Positions 43,107-64,000 of a stretch of 64,000 nucleotides of DNA are shown here, one piece after another. The stretch's first letter is position 1; the number at the start of each line of letters is the position of its first letter. This DNA is from Hormiphora californensis (taxonomy: Eukaryota > Animalia > Ctenophora). The notes under the pieces were generated by a model that saw only the letters and a list, made by a program, of their open reading frames with translations, made no database searches and was not told where the DNA came from. Location: contig CM035352.1 in the NCBI GenBank assembly GCA_020137815.1, positions 310,001 to 374,000 on the forward strand, in the 5' to 3' direction. Made by a program: the position numbers and the translations under genes.

Positions 43107-44811
43107 GGGTCAGCACACACCTACGGCTTAGTGACATAGACCCCCGCACACAGGTGTCGGCTCCGCCCCCTAAAAAAGGGTCGTGTCTTTCAAGACATCT
43201 TGCACGTGATCCACTGGACCGATTTACATCCCGCTTGTTTCATGAGACTGCAAATTGGTCCTAGTTTACTGGAAAATACCCGAGAAGTTTGTCTGTCAAC
43301 AGGAAATGGGTCAAAATTGACACTGAAGTCAAATCTATAATCTGGCTTCCGAGACTTTTGCACCACTCCCAGGCGGTTGAGACCGAGTCGGACGATATTG
43401 GGAGATAGGTTGAGGCCTTGTGAGTACTGGAAAATACCCGGCATCAAATTCTGATGCTAATTGCATCAACACATGTCATATATCTCCCAATATCTTCTAA
43501 ACCGCATGGGCGTAGTGCAGAAACTCTCGGAAGTTTGGCTCCATTGCAACTTATTCTCGCTCCGCGAAGAATAGGCTCCCGCCCTGTGGACAGCAAGAAC
43601 TCACGTGCACGCGATGTAAAGCACGTTTTTCAGCAAATCCCGCGCGACAGACTGTTTTGGGAGACCTTTTTAGCTCACCTAGCACTACTCAAACGTCAAT
43701 TACCGCCTCATTTCGCATCGTAATGAATCGGCGGGTATTTTCCCATGCTCACAGTGCTGCTTGTAGTGGGAATACGGTGTCTGAATAATACGGTATTTGA
43801 CCATTACAGTTTCTGAAATACATATGTATTTTAAATACATATATATTGGTCTCGTCTTACCGTTTTTCACTGACACCGTGTTGAACCGATACCGTATTCT
43901 GACTACAAGCACCCATGTCACAAGGTCACTACGATTCACCCAGTACCCGCAGATTGTCCCAGGACCGAGTAGGAGCTTGCAGCCAGGTCTTTAAAGAATT
44001 GCCCATGTTTATAGTCAATTTTGACCCACTATTCCTCAAATGCTGATACTCGCGGGTATTTTCCGTAAAACTAGAGACAATTATCTGCCAGTGGCAACAA
44101 ACGAGATGCAAATCGGTTCAGTAGTTCCTTAGTACCTTGCAGCCAGGTCTTTGAAAAAGTTTGCTCTAAAATCAATAACAGGGCGCAGGCCTGTATGTGA
44201 GATCGATCTCAGTCTAGCGCGACGTCGATCTCACTCAGGTATCAATGTGGCCAACTCGGAAGTCAGATTATAGGTTTGACTTCAGTGTCAATTTTGACCC
44301 ACTTCCTGTTGACAGAAAAATTCTCGGGTATTTTCCAGTATATTAGGATCAATTTGTAGTCTTTTGCGACAAACCGGATGCACATCGGTCCAGTTGATCG
44401 CGTGCAACATCCCTTGAAAGAAACGACCCTTTTTGAGGCGGAGCCGACACCTGTGTGTGAGCTCAATCTCGGTCGCGCCTATGTCACCAAACGGCAAACC
44501 TACGGCCCTGTTAAAGGGCTTAAAAACCCAAATTTTATTTATTTATTTTGAACACTCCATCGTTATAACCATGCTGCTGGAGTCAAACCCCCCCCCCCCC
44601 CCCCGCCCCAGTTGAGCCAAGGGGGGAGCCCCTCAAGTTGGGGTTGGGTTGGGCTGGGGCCCCCTTGTAAATGCGCTGGCACTCCCTGAAATGCTAACAA
44701 TATGGTCCTCTCTGAAATTCACAATTTAGGATAGAAACTATCCTTTTCTTTTAGTAGATTCCCTAACCCTAAAATTTTAATTTTGCCGTAGGTGTGTGCT
44801 TATGCTGACCC
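43107..44811. mobile_element. PIF/Harbinger-like MITE with a nested MuDR-like element (~43128-44489)
   Basis: tta|GGGTCAGCACACACCTACGGC...GCCGTAGGTGTGTGC(ttat)GCTGACCC|taa; insert TTAGTGACATAGAC...CTATGTCACCAA. Confidence 0.6.
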
Positions 44812-45263
44812 TAATAAGTCATAAATTATCTAGGCCCTCGTTCATATTCAGATAAAGTTCACTCCATTTTTGATGTGAGAGGAAAGCAAGACTATTTTAT
44901 AATTATCCTACTTGAATAATTTTGTTTAAATAATGTTTATACACTTTCTTTTAATCTTTTGAACACTACATTAATATACGTGTTTGTTTTTGAATATTGG
45001 TAGACTCTCGATTTACCTGTCTGGCGCCGCGACCCATCTGAGCGCACTGTCGCTTATCAAATTGGGGTCTGGCGCCGCCAGACAGCGATTTACCAGGTGT
45101 GAGTTTGCATTGTAAATTAAATGATTACATCCCTCTAAAATATCAACCCTTGCTCAACAAACAAGAACTGCCTGGTAAATTTTCTGGCGATGCCAACCGA
45201 TCTGAGCGCATTGCATCGCGCCAGATAGCTGGTAAATGAAGAGTCTACGACTACAGTATGGGT

Positions 45264-45935
45264 TTGGTGACATAGACACCGTGCGCGACCAAGATTGAGC
45301 TCACACACAGGTGTCTGCTCCGCCTCAAAAAGGGTCGTTTCTTTCAAGGGATGTTGCACGCGATCAACTGGACCGATGTGCATCCGGTTTGTCGCAAAAG
45401 ACTACAAATTGATCCTAATATACTGGAAAATACCCGAGAATTTTTCTGTCAACAGGAAGTGGGTCAAAATTGACACTGAAGTCAAACCTATAATCTGGCT
45501 TCCGAGAGTTTCTGCACTACGCCCATGCGATTTAGAAGATATTGGGAGATATGTTGATGCAATTAGCATCAGCTATTAATGCCGGGTATTTTCCAGTACT
45601 CACAAGAGTTCAACCTATCTTCTGATACCTTCAGATTCATTCTACACCGTCTGGGAGTGGTGCAAAAAGGCTCGGAAGCCAGATTATAGATTTGACTTCA
45701 GTGTCAATTTTGACCCACTTCCTGTTGACAGACAAACTTCTCGGGTATTTTCCAGTAAACTAGGACCAATTTGTAGTCTTTTGCGACAAACCGGATGCAA
45801 ATCGGTCCAGTGGATCACGTGCAATTTGGCTTGAAAGACACGACCCTTTTTTAGGGGGCGGAGCGGACACCTATGTGCGAGCTCGATCTCGGTCGCGACC
45901 TCGATCTCGCACGCACTAGGTGTCAATGTCACCAA
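45264..45935. mobile_element. MuDR/Mutator-like MITE, 9-bp TSD
   Basis: TTGGTGACATAGACACC...GGTGTCAATGTCACCAA; TSD AGTATGGGT at 45255-45263 and 45936-45944. Mini copies at 51605-51699 (TCTTGAGCT/C) and 59774-59845 (GCATCTGTT). Confidence 0.8.
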
Positions 45936-45970
45936 AGTATGGGTCACCACACACCAAAGTTAAAATTAAA

Positions 45971-48900
45971 GGTAATATGGTAGTTCTGGGCTGAACACTT
46001 TCGACCGCTTTAAAGCGCTTTAAAGCGTTTGAGAAAGCGCTATAAAGCGCTTTAAAGCGCTTTAAAGCGATACCGCTTTAAAGCGCACCGCTTTAAAGCG
46101 CTTTTAAAGCGCTAAAAGCGCTTTATAGCGGTTTTTGTAGCGATATAAAGCGCTTCCGAAAGCGCTTTAAAGCGCTTTCAAAAGCGCTTTAAAGCGCCAC
46201 CGATTTAAAGCGCTTTTTTTTGATGGCGAGAAAAAATAAAGCGCTTTAAAGCGCTTTAAAAGCGCTTTTAAAAGCGCTATAAAGCGCTTTTCAAAACGCT
46301 TTATAGCGCTTTAAAGCGCTTTTAGCGCTTTCAAGCGCTTTAAAGCGGTGAATATCGCTTTAAAGCGCTATAAAAAGCGCTTTTAAAAGCGGTGTTGAAA
46401 AAGCGCTTTTTAAAGCGCTTTACAGCGCTTTTAAAAGCGCTTTATAGCGCTTTAAAAAGCGCTTTTTAAATCGCTTTAAAAAGCGCTTTATATCGCTTCA
46501 GAAAGCGTTTATAAAAACGCTTTAAAGCGCTTTAAAGCGCTTTTAAAAGCGCTTTATAGCGCTTTTAAAAGCGCTTTCTAGAGCGCTTTAAAGCGCTTTA
46601 AAGCGCTTTTAAAAGCGCTTTTTAATGCACTATAAAGCGCTTTAAAGCGCTTCTTATAGCGCTTTAAATGGTAGAAGGGCCACGGCCCTTGAACACCGCC
46701 ACGTGGCGGTTTTAACCGCCACGTGGCCCCTGGACGTGGCGTCAATTTTCAGGACGTGGCGCCAATGAGCCTTTTTGGCGGTGTTCATGTGGCGTTAATA
46801 GTCGAAATTGGCGCTTCGAATTGGCGCTTTTCTTTTTTGGTCCCTGCAGGGACGTGGCGTTGGCCCCAGGACGTGGCGTCAATTTTGAGAGGATGGCGCC
46901 AATGGATTTTTTAGTCGATTTTAGCGCCACGTGGTTTTTTGAATTTTCGGTGTGGCGTCAATAATTGACGCCACATAGTTGGCGCCACATAAACTCCGCC
47001 ACATCAAAGCGCCAAAGTAATTATTAGCGCCATTAACATGGCGATATATTTATATAAACACAGCTCTTTTTTAACTGTTCAATCCTTGATGCCTCTGTGG
47101 GTCTTTAGGGACTTCTACGGACATTCAGTGACCTCTGGTGTCCTCTTGGGGCGTTTCAGGGGACTCTAGAGAACTCTAGTGGCTTTTTGGGGGCCTTGTG
47201 TGCTCATCTGGGGCTGCATTCGATCTTTCTGGGCTTTTGAGGGACTCTAATCGACTCTATAGTGGCCTCTAGGGGTCTCTTGGAGCCTTCTAGGGGGCTT
47301 TTAGGTGACTCTAGCGCCTCCTGGGGGTCCCTAGGATCCACTAGGGGGTTTCTGGTATCAGTTTATATGGCGCCAATTTACATGGCGCCAAAAAATTAGC
47401 GCCAAAAATTAGCGCCAAATGATAGGCCAAAAAAACAAATTGGCGATTCGAATTTTTCGGGTGTGGCGTCATCCGAAAGCGCCAAAAAATTTTGACATCT
47501 CCGCCACTCAAAAATTGACGCCACGTCCTGGGGCCAACGCCACGTCCCTGGGGCCAAAAAAGAAAAGCGCCAATTCGAAGCGCCAATTTCAACTATTAAC
47601 GCCACATGAACACCGCCAAAAAGGCTCATTGGCGCCACGTCCTGAGAATTGACGCCACGTTCAGGGGCCACGTGGCGGTTAAAACCGCCACGTGGCGGTG
47701 TTCAAGGGCCGTGACCCTTCTACCCTTTAAATAGCGCTTCATAGCGCTTTATAAATCGCTTTATAGCGCTTTATATAGCGCTTTAAAGCGCTATAAAAAG
47801 CGCTATATCAAGCGCTATAAAGCGCTTTATAGCGCTATAAAAAGCGCTATAAAGCGCTTTATAAAGCGCTGTAAAGCGCTATATAAAGCGCTTTGTAGCG
47901 CTTTTTATAGCGCTATAAAGCGCTTTATAAAGTGTTTTAAAAAGCGCTTTAAAGCGCTTTTTATAGCGCTTTATGAAGCGCTGTAAAGCGCTTTATAGCG
48001 CTTTATAAAGCGCTTTCAAGCGCTTTAAAAAGCGCTTTAAAGCGCTTTATAGCGCTTGTTAAAGCGCTCGAAAGCGCTTTATAAAGCGCTTTTTATAGCG
48101 CTATAAAGCGCTTCATAAAGCGCTATAAAAAGCGCTTTAAAGCGCCTCTTAAAGCGCTTTTTATAGCGCTTTATATAGCGCTAGAAAGCGCTATGAAAAG
48201 CGCTTTATGAAGCGCTATAAAAAGCGCTATGAAAAGCGCTTTAAAGCGCTTTTTATAGCGCTTTATGAAGCGCTATAAAAAGCGCTTTAAAGCGCTTTAT
48301 GAAGCGCTATAAATCGCTTTTTAAAGCATTCTATTCGGTTTTTGAATATTATTATTTATTATTGTAAATCCCACTTTTTCGTGATCACTTCCACTCCTAT
48401 TCAGATTAAACTGCGTTTCCGTTGGGGGCGATTATAATTTGGGTGCCTATTGCAGCCTGTGTACAGGTATGCGCTACCAAAAGAGTACACTTAGACCGAG
48501 TTTTTCAAATGTCTATAGTCATGCAACCACAAGGCCAATTTGAGTTAACTAAAGTCTCTTTTTGGGAGAAAGGGAGTGAAAGAGAGGGTACACCACGGCC
48601 CGGAGCACAGTTGGGTATGATATCCCCTCTTTCTTCTATCCTCCCGCGCTGTCTCTCTCAGTCTCATGTTATCGCGTGCGCTACGTTTAGTTCGGGATGG
48701 GGGCGAGTGAGGGATAGAGAAAGAGGGTATACCATTACCACGGAGGATTTTAATAGGTGCGGCGTTTTCGGGTGTGGCGGGCACCATGTGAGGTTCACAG
48801 CCATATCATGATGTTTTCGGAATCTCTAGGGGGTGTAATTTTTTACGCCGTAATCTGGCTGGTGGCTCCGGCTGGTTGAGACACAGTCTACAGCTAAAAC

Positions 48901-50415
48901 AGTGTAAAGATGTTAGTTATGAGACTTGAATGGTCAATGGTGACGTCAGACGTGTGTGTAGCTGGTATCAAGTCAATTGATTGATTAAGAAATACGAATA
49001 CAAGTGGCAAGTGCTGAGTCATGAGAGCAAGTCGAGAATCTCAACTCTCAAGACTCAACGGCAGACCGCAGACGGCACTCGGCAGAAGTAAGTGAAAACA
49101 AAGAAATGAATTCACTGCCAACTTAGCTTATATTTGAGTCTGAACGGGCATGTTCCTTGGGTACGGTGCACCCTCTCTTTTTGGGAAGGGGGTAGGAGAG
49201 ATCAGGGAGTGAAAGATGTGATGAGCTCGTTTTACTATAGAAAGCGCTTTTTAAAGCGCTTGAAAGCGCTATATAAAGCGCTATATAAAGCGCTATATAA
49301 AGCGCTATATAAAGCGCTATATAAAGCGCTATTTAAAGCGCTAAAAAGCGCTTTAAAAAGCGCTATAAAGCGCTCTAAATAGCGCTTTATAGCGCCTCGA
49401 AAAGCTCTTTAAGAAGCGCTATAAAGCGCTTTATAAAGCGCTATAAAGCGCTTTTTAAAGCGCCACAAAAAGCGCTTAATAGCGCTTTATAGCGCTATAA
49501 AAAGCGCTTTTTAGCGCTATTCAAAGCGCTTTTTAGCGCTTTTTATGGCGCTTCAAAGCGCTTTAAAAAGCGCTTTGAAAAGCGCTTTATAAAGCGCTAG
49601 AAAGCGCTTTTAAAAGCGCTTCCTAGCGCTTTTTAAAGCGCTTTTTAAAGCGCTTTTTAGCGCTTTATAGCGCTTTTTAGCAATTGAAGTAGCACATTTT
49701 ATATCGCTTTAAAGCGCTTTAAAAAGCGCTTTTTAGCGCTTTAAGAAGCGCTTTTTAGCGCTTTAAAAAGCGCTTTAGAAAGCGCTTTTTAGCGCTATAA
49801 AAAGCGCTTTAAAGCGCTCTTTAAAGCGCTATACAGCGCTTTCTAAAGCGCTTTTTAAAGCGATAAAAAGCGCTTTTAAAAGCGCTGTATAGCGCTATAA
49901 AGCGCTTTCAAATATGCTATATAAAGCGCTTTAAAAAGCGCTATAAAGCGCTTTGTAGCGCTTTATAGCGCTATTGAAAGCGATTTCTAGCGATTTTAAA
50001 AGCGCTATAAAGCGCTTTATAGCGCTTTTAAAAGCGCTGTCTAGCGCTATTTAGCGCTTTATAGCGCTTTTAAAAGCGCTTTCGAAAGCGCTATAAAGCG
50101 CTAAATAGCGCTAAATAGCGCTTTAAAGCGATCTGACGAAGCGCTTTATAGCGCTTCATAGCGCTTTTTAAAGCGCTTGCAAAACGCTTTAAAGCGCTAA
50201 ATTTTGAAAATAAAGCGCTTTAAATCGGTGGCGCTTTAAAGCGCTTTTAAAAGCGCTTTATAGCGCTTTCGAAAGCGCTTTATATTGCTTCAGAAACCGC
50301 TATAAAGCGCTTTTAGCGCTTTAAAAGCGCTTTAAAGCGGTGCGATTTAAAGCGGTATCGCTTTAAAGCGCTTTAAAGCGGTCGAAAATGTTCAGCCCAG
50401 AACTACCATATTACC
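45971..50415. mobile_element. Merlin-like foldback element with kb-long AAAGCGCTTT arrays
   Basis: TIR GGTAATATGGTAGTTCTGGGCTGAACA; TSD AAATTAAA at 45963-45970 and 50416-50423; AGCGCT arrays at 46005-46665, 47730-48330 and 49240-50380; unique core 48330-49235. Confidence 0.85.
46670..47724. mobile_element. Second Merlin-like element nested in the AGCGCT array
   Basis: TIR GGTAGAAGGG(C/T)CACGGCCCTTGAACACCGCC, ~230-bp arms of GTGGCG/GGCGCC repeats; TSD CTTTAAAT at 46662-46669 and 47725-47732. Confidence 0.85.
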
Positions 50416-52686
50416 AAATTAAAATTAAAATTTTGATTTTAAAACCGCACACACCAGCGGCCGTTAAAATTTCTCTCCTCATTCTAAAAGTAACAATCTC
50501 ACGCACGATTTTGACGGTCGCGTTGGATGACAAAATTTTAACACGCCTTTAAAATCGTGCGCGAGATTGTTACTTTTAGAATGGGGGAGAGAAATTTTAA
50601 CGGCCGCTGGTGTGTGCGGGTTTAAAATCAAAATTTTAATTTTAATTTTAACTTTGGTGTGTGGTGACCCTATATGGCCATATATGGCGAATCTGCATTT
50701 GCGGCAGACTAGACAGTCTGGCGCCGCCGACCCCATCTGAGCGCACTGTCAAATGGGTATGGCGCCGCCATACAGGCGGCAGACGTAGTCCAGGCATAGT
50801 CGAAACATAGTCTAGACGGACTACAGACGTATTACGTCTAGACGGATTTTGCCTCAGACGTACTTGAGACGGTTTTAAGATTTGATAAGACGATATTATG
50901 GTCTTATCAAATATCTGCGGTTTTAGACCCAGTGAGACGGAGTATAGTAGGAGTATAGTTTTTTATCGGAAAAACATTTCAAACCAAACTTACAATATGA
51001 ATAATATAAATACGTTAAATATCTCGTCACGTCCAGCCCGGGGGCTTCCTCAACGTAGCCTCAGGCCACCTTAATAGAGAACACCCACAGTGCCCGTCAC
51101 TCTCAAATTAGAAACAAGAATAAATGCATTATGTTTCATAATGCTATGTTTCCCCGCCAACCTTTCATCCCTAACACTAACAGGAAGGCGGGACAGAAAA
51201 ATGTAGGAAAAATGAAAATGAAACGATAACGTATCATTCTTTAATTCGTCAGACGTACTGCAGACGTACTATCTCGTTTCTTTAGCACTGCAGACGTAAT
51301 CGTTTCGATTAAATTTTTCTTACTCCGTCTCACTTCGTCTAATTATGTCTAAAACTTGTTTTGTTCAAAGGCAATCTAAAACTGCAGATACTAATATTTG
51401 ATCAGACAATAAAAATCCTGAAAACGTCTCAAGTACGTATGTTAACTGTACGTACTTGAGACGTACTACTAGCACGTCTCAAGTACGTCTGATTACGTCT
51501 CAAGTATATCTGAGGAAAATCCGGCTACACGTAATACGTCTGTACTTGTAGTACGTATCTAGACTATATCTGGAATACGTACTTGTATGAGTGTCTCTTG
51601 AGCTTTGGTGACATATTATAGACACCTGGTGCGACCCCCGCGCATTTGTGTGTGAGCTCATTGCTCAATCTTGGTCGCGCCAGGTGTCTATGTCACCAAT
51701 CTTGAGCCTATCTGTAACCTTGACCTTCTCCCTTGGTCCCTATCGGCTCACACTACACAGTAAATCCCGTGTCACTGCACCTCATGTGTGTTACACCCAA
51801 CACCACATGTCAACTCAAATTAAGGCTGTATCGGCTGTATCGGCTGTATCGACTAGTCTATATTCTCCGATAAGTCATTACCGGTATTCCCATAGTGGCA
51901 GAACAAAGTTCTAAATAACAAGTCTAAATAAACAAGTCGACTGTTTTTTTTGGGTAAAGATAAAAGAAGCTAAAAGAACAGATCAACTTCCTCACTTGGT
52001 GACACCTGGAGCGACCTGCACCGCACACGTGTGTGCGGGGGTCGCGCCAGGTGTCTATGAGCCTCTCTAGACGAGACAAAATCTCGTATGAGACTACTAC
52101 TATAGGAGGCTCCTATAGTAGTAGGTAGATACTCGTCTAGAGCTACCTACATTTCTACTCTAACAGCCTGTAAGAGTTTGAACCATTACAGGCTACTATA
52201 GGAGCCTCATACGAGGCTCGTCTAGAGATGATTTGGACTCTCGTATGAGGCTCCTATAGTAGCTATTGCACGTGATCGTTGTCACGTGTGAACGAAATAT
52301 GAAACGGGGACGTTGTGGAAGCCTTACATTCACACTTCACCCCCTGTTCATATGCCTCATTATTTAGTAAATAAATAATATTTACCCGTCACACTATTTA
52401 CCCGTCACACTATCAGTATCACTTGCACAAACCAAGTATCTGTTTGTGGAAGAGAGAGAGAGGAAGGAGAGAGAGGAGAGAGAGAGGAGGAGAGACGAGA
52501 GAAGAGAGAGAGAGAGAGAGATACGAGAGAGAGAGCGAGAGAGTCTAGAGAGGAGAGAATAGGGAAAAGAGGAGAGCTAGAGATAGAGCTATGAATGGTG
52601 ATGAGACTCTCTAGTCTATATATCGATCTCATCTCTCTCTCGCTCTGCTCGTTATCTATCTGATAGCTCATTCTATATCATCTATT

Positions 52687-52735
<49 letters not shown>

Positions 52736-52752
52736 GTCTCTCTCTCCCCTAT

Positions 52753-63385
<10,633 letters not shown>

Positions 63386-64000
63386 TAGGCAAGCTTAAAG
63401 TGGACCGACACAGAAATTAACAAGATTGTTGTAGGTAGTGGAGAATAGTTCTGTGAGCATTTTGCCTTTTATTTTCCCCGTTTGAAATTAACTCCTTCAT
63501 TACTGAGATTCCAACCTATTTTTTGTATTTTTTTGTACGGGCCATACAAAAAATATTCAAAATTCTTGTTTTTTTTTCCGTACAAAAATACAAAAAAATA
63601 CAAAATATTCAACGATATATGGGTGCCTGATAAACGTGTAAATAATACATCGACAGGTCCCTTATGCCCACGGGTTCCTTATGCCCATGTACCACCGGAC
63701 CTAGGAACGGTAGACGTCTATGTGAAGCTTCTTAGTACCTACATACCAAATTTCAGCCTCCTAGCTCATCTGGTTCCTGAGTTAGGATTGTTTTGTTCAA
63801 ACCTTTTTATTTTATAAGGGGAAGGAGGGTCGAACAAGGCAAAGTTAGGAGGGGTCGAAAAGTAGTTGGGTCGGTTGTGAGACGTCATCTCCAGAAAAAT
63901 GTTTAAACCGGTTTTAACCAGTCCATGACATCAAGTAAAGAAACGTCCTAGGTCTTAAGTCAGAGTCTATGAACCCAAAAAGAATTTGGCTGGCCACCAC

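Larger units (their letters stand above)
45941..50670. mobile_element. PIF/Harbinger-like MITE interrupted by a 4.4-kb insertion
   Basis: tat|GGGTCACCACACACCAAAG...CTTTGGTGTGTGGTGACCC|tat; palindromic body at 50424-50670. Confidence 0.75.

Noticed and set aside
48330-49235. Transposase remnant in the core of the AGCGCT element
   Set aside because: Only short ORFs without DDE or zinc-ribbon motifs.

Overview
Eukaryotic (animal-like) genomic DNA with GT-AG introns, many GA/CT/CA microsatellites and a very dense load of nested non-autonomous DNA transposons. A ctenophore or other invertebrate origin is only a guess. Host genes read by eye: intronless lipoyl synthase LIAS (-, 12819-13844); a 9-exon protein with three beta-trefoil/fascin-like repeats (+, >=17760-31446); IFT25/HSPB11 (+, 37226-37763); a TMEM98 homologue (+, 40121-42788, 5' end unresolved); and a long multi-exon gene ending in a MYND zinc finger (-, 52753 to >=63385). 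An intact R4/Dong-clade RT-RLE retrotransposon sits in an intron of the beta-trefoil gene; it has two Myb-like repeats and a 102-bp higher-order repeat in its 5' region. The most striking structure is a near-perfect 320-bp tandem array (34048-36467). Each unit reads as a tiny LTR element: a 286-bp TGTGA...TCACA LTR holding a tRNA-like Pol III cassette plus a 34-bp TGG-initiated internal segment (Helenus/TRIM-like). The array is circularly permuted and flanked by an 8-11 bp direct repeat. Also notable: a TTAA-targeting (Kolobok-like) element carrying two tRNA-like cassettes, and four GG-terminated, 8-bp-TSD (Merlin-like) foldback elements, each built from its own short repeated motif. All calls are manual; no searches were run.
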